64,000 nucleotides of DNA from a virus: IMG/VR virus record IMGVR_UViG_3300026118_000001, positions 1-64,000 of that record; one strand, 5' to 3'. Numbering within the stretch: the first letter of the stretch is position 1; each line of letters starts with the position of its first letter. The translations under genes were made by a program, and so were the position numbers. Shown one piece after another: positions 56,725-64,000 of this stretch. Under the pieces are notes generated by a model, which searched no databases, was not told the origin of the DNA, and worked only from the letters and a program-made list of their open reading frames with translations.

Positions 56725-57291
56725 TTATCTACAAGTGGTACATTCTTGATTTCTACACAACTTATTCAATTGTGTTAATGTATTGTTAAAAGTTGTGGTG
56801 TCATTACAGTTTAATGTGTATTCCAGTCCTTTTAACATTAAATATGCTTTTATAGAATTACTTTCTATAGATTTTATACAATCAGAGCATTCAGTATCAA
56901 TATCTAAAAACATTGATTTTACACAACAAGCTACATTACAATAAAGTCCTTGTGTTATTGTCTGTGTTATTATTGTTCCTAATGTTGTTGTAACAGTGTA
57001 TATAAATGTGTATAATCCATCAGTGATAGTTCCACTTGAATATCCTATATCTTCTCCAAGAATTGTAAATTCTAATGTTTTATCTGTTGTTGGAAATCCT
57101 GTTAATGTAATAACTGTTTCAACATCAGTGGGTGATGTTATTGTTAATGTAGCAGTGGCATTTGTTATACTTTCATTTGGTGAATTATAACCATTTAAAT
57201 TATCTAATGAATAAGCTCCTGTGTTATCATTGAATATCAATGAAGAACATCCGTTTACTTGACAGATAGAGAATTGTGTAGTAATTGCCAT
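56725..57291 (-). CDS. conserved virion (tail hub-type) protein
   Basis: D-x-TG-x-Y...GY...DGLY-x-F-x-Y, Cys-rich tail; start moved to MAITTQF because 57339 lies in a terminator. Confidence 0.55.
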   Translation of the reverse strand: MAITTQFSICQVNGCSSLIFNDNTGAYSLDNLNGYNSPNESITNATATLTITSPTDVETVITLTGFPTTDKTLEFTILGEDIGYSSGTITDGLYTFIYTVTTTLGTIITQTITQGLYCNVACCVKSMFLDIDTECSDCIKSIESNSIKAYLMLKGLEYTLNCNDTTTFNNTLTQLNKLCRNQECTTCR

Positions 57292-57312
57292 TGTATTTAT
57301 ATATTTTAAACT

Positions 57313-57402
57313 AAAAAAGACACTTAACCCCCTAGACAAGAGAAAGGAAGAAAACTAGATCTAGGGGGTGTGTCAATAATAATAGTGTCTTCCTTCACTA
57401 TT
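57313..57402 (-). terminator. terminator-like hairpin with an upstream hairpin whose loop is complementary to the terminator loop
   Basis: 10-bp stem 57327-36/57360-69 plus 5 bp, then T6; second hairpin 57381-402; 8-nt loop-loop complement. Confidence 0.65.
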
Positions 57403-57413
57403 CAATCAATTTA

Positions 57414-58733
57414 TTAAATAGCTATATCTGCTGGTGATAGAGGTGTTGTAACCATCCAACCATTCAATATATCCATCCAATCTTGACTTTCTGCTGATGC
57501 AGTAGTCATTGCTGAGTTACCTGTTTGACCAGATATAATAGCTGGGGATGCTATGACAATGTTTTTTCTTGAAAGTTGACCTACACCAGAACCATCTTGT
57601 AATGTTACATCTTGTACAGTGATATTAATTATATCATACCAAGCTTTAACTAAAACAACTCCTGTTGCATTTGTAGTGGTGGCTACTGCTGTTAAAATTG
57701 CTACAGTTGTAGATGCCATATATTTTACTTCATAGAATACACCATCAAGTGATACAATTGATCCTGGTTGTATTTGAGGGCCTGTTGCTACAGAAGCACT
57801 AAATGTTACTGAATCAACTCCAATAGTTGTTGCTGATGTAATTGTGTATGCTCCAGTTGTATAACCTGCTGAACTAGCCAAAAATGATTGTGTTGGAATA
57901 GGCCAAGTTGTTCTGTTAAGCAATCCATAGTATTTATTTTCTAAGTTATAAACTTGATTATAAGTACCAGTACCATATTTCATTGTTTGAATTTGTGAAC
58001 AAGTTGTTGCACCAAATCCACTTGAATCATCTACATGACAAGAGAAATTAACTAATTCTTCTTGATATTGTGTATTTTGAAATTGATTAATTGTTAATCC
58101 AGTTACTTCAACACCATGATTAGTAGCTCCAGTTAATCCATAAGCTCCAGTACCATCACCAACTACTACTGCAATGATTTCTTTTACCCCAGAAACAGAT
58201 GAACCAAATGCTGAACTATTAATAGCAGCAGCTAATTGAGTTGCAATACTTAATTGAGTTGCACTTGCAGAAGATGTAAATGAAATTGAAAGTCTTTCTG
58301 GTCTAACTGAATAGAAAGATTTATCATTTTTAAATATAATACTTGCAGTGTATTCAGTAGAAGCATTTACTTCAATTGAACCAGTGGCAGCAGTTGCTGT
58401 TGAACTTGATGTATCAGGATTTGTTAAATGTGCTCTAGTATAACCAAATCCCCAAACACAACGTCTTGAAGGTTGATAACTTTCACCTTTAAATCCTACA
58501 ACAGAGGTTCCTCTTATTGGATTACTTTTTTTGAAATCACCATTAGCTAGTTTATTAACTATTTGTATATAAGGTTGTGTCCTTATTGTATCATTACCTG
58601 CTGGATCTAATGTCAGCATATCTGAACCAACAACACCTGTTTGAACAGCAATTGCATTTAGTGCTGTATTATTTGCACTTAGAGCAGCACCTGCACCTAT
58701 AAAAATTTCTGTTACATTTCTTTGAATACTCAT
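57414..58733 (-). CDS. conserved crAss-like structural protein
   Basis: 439 aa A/T/S/G-rich, in the block downstream of the MCP. Confidence 0.6.
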   Translation of the reverse strand: MSIQRNVTEIFIGAGAALSANNTALNAIAVQTGVVGSDMLTLDPAGNDTIRTQPYIQIVNKLANGDFKKSNPIRGTSVVGFKGESYQPSRRCVWGFGYTRAHLTNPDTSSSTATAATGSIEVNASTEYTASIIFKNDKSFYSVRPERLSISFTSSASATQLSIATQLAAAINSSAFGSSVSGVKEIIAVVVGDGTGAYGLTGATNHGVEVTGLTINQFQNTQYQEELVNFSCHVDDSSGFGATTCSQIQTMKYGTGTYNQVYNLENKYYGLLNRTTWPIPTQSFLASSAGYTTGAYTITSATTIGVDSVTFSASVATGPQIQPGSIVSLDGVFYEVKYMASTTVAILTAVATTTNATGVVLVKAWYDIINITVQDVTLQDGSGVGQLSRKNIVIASPAIISGQTGNSAMTTASAESQDWMDILNGWMVTTPLSPADIAI

Positions 58734-58790
58734 TTTAATTTTTTATTAATTTGAAATTATTATTTATTTTGTTTTGTTTATTGTTTATTA

Positions 58791-59456
58791 TTATCCTGCA
58801 AATGGTGTTGCTACACTACCTGTTGCTGTTTGTGTTCCATTTACTAACCAAGCATTTAATCCTGTACAAACTACAGTGTATTGATCTCCAATTATTCCAC
58901 CTGTTGTACTTCCATTTCCGCTCACTTTATAATTACTAGAACCATTTGGTGCATATTTTGCAAATGCTGGTGTAGCTGTAACTTGTTGCATAATTGAACT
59001 TCCAGCTATAAATAAGTCAGAAGATGAAGCTCCTTGAATAATTGCAGCATTACTTGTAACTGTTGCAGTTTGAATAAATTTAAATGTTACACCTACATTA
59101 GCAGCAGTTGCAGCAGGTAATGTAAATACATTTCCAGCAGCAGCATTCAATAAACATATTGCTCCTGATTGACTAGCAGTTAAAACTGTAGGAGAAGCAT
59201 ATGCAGTTCCAGCTATTACTGGAGATTGAATTGAAGTTCCACTACCAGCAGTTCCTGGAGAAATTATAGGAGTTGTTAGAGAGGTTGTTGCAGTTAATGT
59301 TGCTGCTGATGCTGAAGTGAATGATAATACACCAGAAGCTGATGAAATTGAGTTCAATCTATCAATAATAGATTTTATAACAGCATATTGTGCTCTTGGA
59401 AATTGTTGAATTATAGCACCTGTTGATGGCTGTAATGGTAATGATATTAGTGTCAT
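58791..59456 (-). CDS. putative head fibre / decoration protein
   Basis: LTASQSG...LNAAAG..FTLPAA...G-x-x-F-x-F pattern. Confidence 0.55.
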   Translation of the reverse strand: MTLISLPLQPSTGAIIQQFPRAQYAVIKSIIDRLNSISSASGVLSFTSASAATLTATTSLTTPIISPGTAGSGTSIQSPVIAGTAYASPTVLTASQSGAICLLNAAAGNVFTLPAATAANVGVTFKFIQTATVTSNAAIIQGASSSDLFIAGSSIMQQVTATPAFAKYAPNGSSNYKVSGNGSTTGGIIGDQYTVVCTGLNAWLVNGTQTATGSVATPFAG

Positions 59457-59476
59457 TTAATTAATATTAAATTTGT

Positions 59477-60166
59477 TTATTCTGTTTTATTTAGTACTAT
59501 TTGTGAATAAGTATTAATTCTATTAGTTTCAATATTTTCAAGAGCAATCATAATAGCTGTATTTACTATTTCCTGATGTGTGTGTTCAGATAATTCACAA
59601 TCTACATTTGGTAAATTACTACTATCTATTCTAACTGGTCTTTTTATATATCTTATTTTATAAGAATTGATTGTTGATGTTGGACTATGTAGTAATTCTA
59701 CACCTTCTTTTGTCATTAATCTTAATACTTTTTCATCAGTGGGTTTAGCAAATGGATTACTGATTATTTTACTATAATCATTATGTTGTATTCCAAGAGT
59801 GAAGACATCTTCTGTTTTACTTACTCCACAATCAGTAAATGTAAGATTTGTTAATTCTTGTATTGTTATCCAATGATCTGCTGGTAATGTTATAAAGTTT
59901 GCATTAGAGTTAATATTATCACTTGTATTTGCTAAAGGTGTAATATTTTGTGTAACTATTAATGCTTTTAAATCTTCTGTTCTTTTTTGAGTTTCTTCAA
60001 AAGATTCTTTCTTTATATTATTATATCCATATCTCTGCTTAACAAAAGCATCTTGAGCTTGATTTAATACTAAATCTATTTCCTCTGGTTCAAGATTTGG
60101 ATAATTTTTGCTATCAAATTTATCTAATCCTTGTTTAAAGGATATGACCATTTCTGAAGCTGTCAT
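59477..60166 (-). CDS. conserved crAss-like virion (head-tail ring) protein
   Basis: EIDLVLNQAQ...FEETQKR..DL...YIKRP...CEL.EH.HQEIV. Confidence 0.65.
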   Translation of the reverse strand: MTASEMVISFKQGLDKFDSKNYPNLEPEEIDLVLNQAQDAFVKQRYGYNNIKKESFEETQKRTEDLKALIVTQNITPLANTSDNINSNANFITLPADHWITIQELTNLTFTDCGVSKTEDVFTLGIQHNDYSKIISNPFAKPTDEKVLRLMTKEGVELLHSPTSTINSYKIRYIKRPVRIDSSNLPNVDCELSEHTHQEIVNTAIMIALENIETNRINTYSQIVLNKTE

Positions 60167-60960
60167 TATTTTTTAGTTTTAGTTGCTGCTGTAGCTGCTA
60201 GTTTAACTGATTGATTTCTTAAATCTTTAAAATAAGCAATTACTGATTCTACAGAACTTCCAATAGTTTCATTTTGAAATGTGTAATAATTACCTTTTTT
60301 AATTAAAACACCACCTTCAAGCATTTCTTCAATTTCAATTCTTAATTTAATATCAGGATTCTCATAAAGTTCTAAGAATTTCTTTGGATTAGCATCTACT
60401 TCTTTAAATAAAGAGGTATTTACAAAAGCTTCACTCACTGTATCTAATCCACGTTTACCATATAGCTTCAAATAACCTTTTTTCTCTTCTAAAGAAAGTG
60501 TTCTTAGAGCATCTAAGGCATTCATCTTATAATTGATAATAACTTCTTCAACTTTAGCTTTAGCCTCTTTATCATCAATAAAAAACTCTGCAAATGGTTT
60601 ATTTTTTATATCAGTTTCATTAATTGCAATATTACTACGTTGCATTAATACACCAAGTTTTATTTCATCTAATAGAGTTTCAACACTAAAAATAAATGGT
60701 TTATCTGTTGGTAGTCTTAAATTCAACAATGGTCCCCAATATTCTGCATTATTTCTTGATAAAGTTCCTTTTGGAAGACCTAATTCTTCACAATAAAGAG
60801 TTTCTTGTTCTTTTGTTAAACCAGTTTTATATAAACCAGTTTTCATTTCCAATTGAGCACCCTCAATTGCTATCCCTGTTCCTGAATAATTAGATATTCC
60901 AGAAAATTTACTTCTTGGAATTGCTTTAATTACTACTTTCTTTGGTGTTATTTCTATCAT
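60166..60960 (-). CDS. conserved crAss-like protein downstream of the MCP
   Basis: 264-aa ORF; synteny with crAss capsid block. Confidence 0.55.
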   Translation of the reverse strand: MIEITPKKVVIKAIPRSKFSGISNYSGTGIAIEGAQLEMKTGLYKTGLTKEQETLYCEELGLPKGTLSRNNAEYWGPLLNLRLPTDKPFIFSVETLLDEIKLGVLMQRSNIAINETDIKNKPFAEFFIDDKEAKAKVEEVIINYKMNALDALRTLSLEEKKGYLKLYGKRGLDTVSEAFVNTSLFKEVDANPKKFLELYENPDIKLRIEIEEMLEGGVLIKKGNYYTFQNETIGSSVESVIAYFKDLRNQSVKLAATAATKTKK

Positions 60961-61002
60961 TTTAATTTTTCCTTTATTAATTTTCTGTAATGTTCTCTAT
61001 TT

Positions 61003-61037
61003 TAAATATAGTTAAAATAAATGATATTATCAACTTA
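61003..61037 (-). promoter_or_regulatory. phage promoter motif TAAGTTG-N19-CTATATTTA
   Basis: Follows the MCP terminator, upstream of 60960. Confidence 0.65.
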
Positions 61038-61059
61038 TTATTTAACTATTTATAATTTA

Positions 61060-61100
61060 ATAAGAGATGATAAAAGTTTTTAGTTTCTACCATCTCTTAT
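61060..61100 (-). terminator. hairpin downstream of the MCP gene
   Basis: ATAAGAGATG / CATCTCTTAT inverted repeat extended by G-U pairs on the minus strand. Confidence 0.7.
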
Positions 61101-61111
61101 TTAATCTTATA

Positions 61112-62566
61112 TTAACTAATATTATCAATATCCAAAATTAATTGGGCTGCATCAGTTGGATTTCTCAACATGATTCCCTGTTCAGACATTGCAATGAAAT
61201 CATATCCATCTTTACCTGTTGCAGAACTACCATTCCTTTTAGGACCAGTTGGGCCATATAAACCTTCAACATAAGTAGTAACCATTTCCCTACCTTTTGT
61301 ATAAACCTTTTGAATATTAGGTTCTCCACCTGAATATGATTTAAAGTTTAAGAAAGTTGCTTTATATGATTCTGCTGGTCTTCCTGTTTGAGGATGTAAA
61401 GCTCTATTTCTCCAAGTGTTATTATATGGAGCATATTGTTTCAATGTAATTTTATCTCCATTTAAACCAACATATGTTTTAAATTGATTTCCAAATTTCA
61501 AATCTTGATCTCCACCTTGAATAAAATGACTATCAACAAGTGTATAATTGGAAGCAGAACGTTTCATTGCTTGGTCAAATAGATCCATGAAATTTCTACC
61601 ACATAATGCAATATATTCACGTTCACCATCTTCAGTACCATTGAATGCTAAATCATTCATGAAATTCCTAATAGTATTTTCTGTTAGTGAAGTGTAATAA
61701 CGTTTGTTAGATGGAGCAATTTGTTGTTCTAAACCTGCTGACAAATAAACTGGATGACCACTAGCACCTTTCATATCAGTGGTACCATCTGCTTTAATAT
61801 TTGATTTACCATACATTAAAAGTAATTCAATTTCATCCATCCATTGACACCAGAATTCCCATTCTGCATATTTAACCCATGTAGAAGCTAATTCAGTTCC
61901 ATCAGGATTCATCAATTTCATTTCTAACACTTTATCATGTACAGCACCTGTAATAGAATATTTCTTTCTAACAGTTGACATATAATTTTGCATTAACACT
62001 GGTGTAGTAAAATGAGTTTCACCTGAAGTTTCAGAAGCATCATTTTCAACAGCATTAAAATCTTTAGATAATTCTTTACCTACAGCAAGTAATGATGCTG
62101 GAATATAATCTGCTTGGTTATTTGATACTAGTTGTAATGTTAAGATCATATCAGTACCATCATCATATGGACTTCCCATTACTCTCATTGAATAACGTCC
62201 ATCATCTGGAATTAAAATATCACCTTCTGCAAACCAACGTTCTCCAACACCTACTTTAAATGTGGTTGAAGCAATACCAGGAGTTGCTGTTACAGCATCA
62301 AATACACCCCTTGTAATAGGAATAGCTTTTCTACTATCACCCATAATAGACCAACGATAAATAATATCATTCATCTCTTTAGCTTTACCCATACCACTGG
62401 TTAAATAGGATAGAGCATTTTTATAGTTATTTTGTTTATTGTAAACTCGTGTAACAATCAAACTAGCCATTTCTGGTTTAGTTAAAAAGAATGTACGCAA
62501 GTGGTTGGCATCAGTTAAACCTGCGTGCCAGTTCTGTTTGCTAATCTGTAAATCGCTTATTTGCAT
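61112..62566 (-). CDS. major capsid protein (crAss-type)
   Basis: 484 aa; HAGLTD-x-NHL, E-x-EF-x-x-QW-x-x-E-x-E, G-x-GL-x-x-QI, LHP-x-TG-x-P-x-ESY; follows an acidic scaffold-like gene. Confidence 0.85.
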   Translation of the reverse strand: MQISDLQISKQNWHAGLTDANHLRTFFLTKPEMASLIVTRVYNKQNNYKNALSYLTSGMGKAKEMNDIIYRWSIMGDSRKAIPITRGVFDAVTATPGIASTTFKVGVGERWFAEGDILIPDDGRYSMRVMGSPYDDGTDMILTLQLVSNNQADYIPASLLAVGKELSKDFNAVENDASETSGETHFTTPVLMQNYMSTVRKKYSITGAVHDKVLEMKLMNPDGTELASTWVKYAEWEFWCQWMDEIELLLMYGKSNIKADGTTDMKGASGHPVYLSAGLEQQIAPSNKRYYTSLTENTIRNFMNDLAFNGTEDGEREYIALCGRNFMDLFDQAMKRSASNYTLVDSHFIQGGDQDLKFGNQFKTYVGLNGDKITLKQYAPYNNTWRNRALHPQTGRPAESYKATFLNFKSYSGGEPNIQKVYTKGREMVTTYVEGLYGPTGPKRNGSSATGKDGYDFIAMSEQGIMLRNPTDAAQLILDIDNIS

Positions 62567-62592
62567 TTTTATTGTTGTTTATTGTTTAATCT

Positions 62593-63732
62593 TTATATTT
62601 TTAGTTTAGCAAATCCAGCAAATGGATCTGAATCTATATCATCTTTTGTAATTTTGCTTTGAGGAGATTTTTGTTTTTGTCTTGTATCTGTAAAATTACC
62701 AAGTTTACCTCTTAGTTCACTTACTTTTTTTGTTTCAAGTGATTTTTCAAGACTACTAACATCCCATTTATTTTTAAGAAGGTATGCAAAAATATATCTG
62801 GAGTCTTCATTTTCTTTCATATCTTTTTGATATGCTGTCTCTTGAGATTTTTTATCAACAACTTTAGTCATATAATCCCAAAGATCATTTTTTGTTTTGG
62901 GAGTCATTGGAAAACTACCAATTTTTTCCTTATCAAAAAGTCCTTTTTTAAAACTATCCCATTCAGCTTGTCTTTTTTCTTCCTCTTGTTTAGCATATTG
63001 CTTTTGAGATTCAAGAAAAATATTCTTTTGTTCTTTTTCTACTTTTTGTAGTTTCTTTAAATGTGTAGCAGCTTTAGTTGCTAGTTTCTCTGTATCTTTA
63101 TATAGATTTATTTGATCTTCGATTTCAGCTTCATCATAATCTTCAAGTTTTAAAGCCTCTCTAATTACATATTCCTGATTTTCCTCATTATCTATATTGA
63201 ATTCTTCAAAACTACCATCTTCATAATAATACTTATGAAAATCTGCTGGTTTACCACCTTGTTCAATGAACTCTAAGAACTTTTTACCATCTTCTGGTAT
63301 AGTTTCTTTATATTTAGTAATACCTTTTTTAATTGTATTATCTGTAACTCTTAATAGATCCTTTTCAGATTCTATTTTTTCACCTTCTTCTAAATCAATA
63401 ACACCTTCTTCTTCTAAGAATTTAGCAAATCCTAAGAATGGATTTGAATCTTCTGTTTCTTTCTGTTCAATAGAAGTTTCTTTAATATCATCCTCAACAA
63501 CCTTTTTTGTTGTTTTTCCTTTATCAGGTTTAGATGCAGCTTCAAGAGCAGCCAACTCATCTTCAGATAAGTCATCATCTTCTACTTCTTTTAGAATTGG
63601 TTCTTTCTCTTTAGGTTCCTCTTTCTTAGAAACTTTAAGTTTTGGTGCTGGGTTATTTAAATTTTGATTTAAAATATCAAATCCACCAAATGGATCAATA
63701 ACTTCTTCTGGTACTTCTTTAATTTTTGTCAT
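62593..63732 (-). CDS. acidic scaffolding-like protein
   Basis: E/D/K-rich, coiled coil, immediately upstream of MCP. Confidence 0.6.
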   Translation of the reverse strand: MTKIKEVPEEVIDPFGGFDILNQNLNNPAPKLKVSKKEEPKEKEPILKEVEDDDLSEDELAALEAASKPDKGKTTKKVVEDDIKETSIEQKETEDSNPFLGFAKFLEEEGVIDLEEGEKIESEKDLLRVTDNTIKKGITKYKETIPEDGKKFLEFIEQGGKPADFHKYYYEDGSFEEFNIDNEENQEYVIREALKLEDYDEAEIEDQINLYKDTEKLATKAATHLKKLQKVEKEQKNIFLESQKQYAKQEEEKRQAEWDSFKKGLFDKEKIGSFPMTPKTKNDLWDYMTKVVDKKSQETAYQKDMKENEDSRYIFAYLLKNKWDVSSLEKSLETKKVSELRGKLGNFTDTRQKQKSPQSKITKDDIDSDPFAGFAKLKI

Positions 63733-63762
63733 TTTATAATTTCCTTTATTATATCCTTTAAT

Positions 63763-63797
63763 TGAATATACATTTTTTTAACTAATTATGCAACTTA
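63763..63797 (-). promoter_or_regulatory. phage promoter motif TAAGTTG-N19-GTATATTCA
   Basis: Intergenic, upstream of the scaffold-MCP operon. Confidence 0.7.
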
Positions 63798-63816
63798 TTT
63801 GTTAATTATTTTTATA

Positions 63817-63999
63817 TTATTTTAAATTTTCTAGTTTATATATTGTTGAATAAACTAATTTGGTTATTTCATCAATTTGATTTTGCATATAAGTTTCTTT
63901 AAATTTTGAATAAATATCTCCATCATCTATTGATTTAACAAATGCTTTTAATACCGTTAATTCATTAGTTGAAGAATTTGAACTTGGTATTATAATAGA
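63817..63999 (-). CDS. 3' end of a ferritin/Dps-like phage protein (DUF5856-type), truncated by the window edge
   Basis: Manual translation ends MQNQIDEITKLVYSTIYKLENLK. Confidence 0.55.
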   Translation of the reverse strand, partial: SIIIPSSNSSTNELTVLKAFVKSIDDGDIYSKFKETYMQNQIDEITKLVYSTIYKLENLK

Positions 64000-64000
64000 T

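Noticed and set aside
57292-57339. ORF-track N-terminal extension MSRGLSVFF...
   Set aside because: Starts inside a terminator hairpin; ATG at 57291 has the usual A-rich leader
44423-59456. Additional remote VRs for TR1 or TR2 in tail genes
   Set aside because: None noticed by eye; an A-masked alignment over the full genome is needed to exclude them
27163-63667. Short + strand ORFs inside the structural arm (e.g. 33271, 41351, 60533, 63266) and 26217..26426 on the minus strand
   Set aside because: Antisense shadows of long, well-supported genes, with S/L/F-biased composition
1-64000. Stop-codon reassignment as in some crAss-like phages
   Set aside because: Genes are long and tightly packed under the standard code; TAA, TAG and TGA all end genes; no suppressor tRNA seen
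1-64000. CRISPR array, tRNA genes, integrase
   Set aside because: No spaced direct repeats, cloverleaf sequences or recombinase motifs seen

Overview
AT-rich 64-kb segment of a crAss-like (Crassvirales-type) phage, probably infecting a Bacteroidota host. Standard genetic code, no tRNA or CRISPR array seen. Bases 1-26.9 kb (+ strand) hold replication and metabolism genes: VWA plus MoxR-type AAA+ ATPase, DNA ligase, DnaB-like helicase, GIY-YIG homing endonuclease, Sak4-like ATPase, SSB, primase, 5'-3' exonuclease, a sigma-like protein, an RNA ligase/kinase/phosphoesterase trio and a PRS-like plus NAMPT-like pair. Bases 27-64 kb (- strand) hold the virion module: a 3500-aa virion RNA polymerase, cargo proteins, tail, lysis cassette and major capsid protein. 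The two arms meet at a bidirectional terminator. The main finding is an unusual diversity-generating retroelement at 18.5-20.8 kb, arranged Target1-TR1-RT-Target2-TR2. One reverse transcriptase serves two different template repeats, each matching only its own small non-structural target gene, with adenine-specific mismatches. No avd gene is visible, and the two TR RNAs share a covarying fold. Also seen: a five-copy promoter motif (TAAGTTG-N19-GTATATTTA), several candidate structured RNAs, and a short helical motif shared by DGR target 2 and six genes around the AAA+/VWA locus. All calls are from manual reading of motifs and alignments; no database search or folding program was run.
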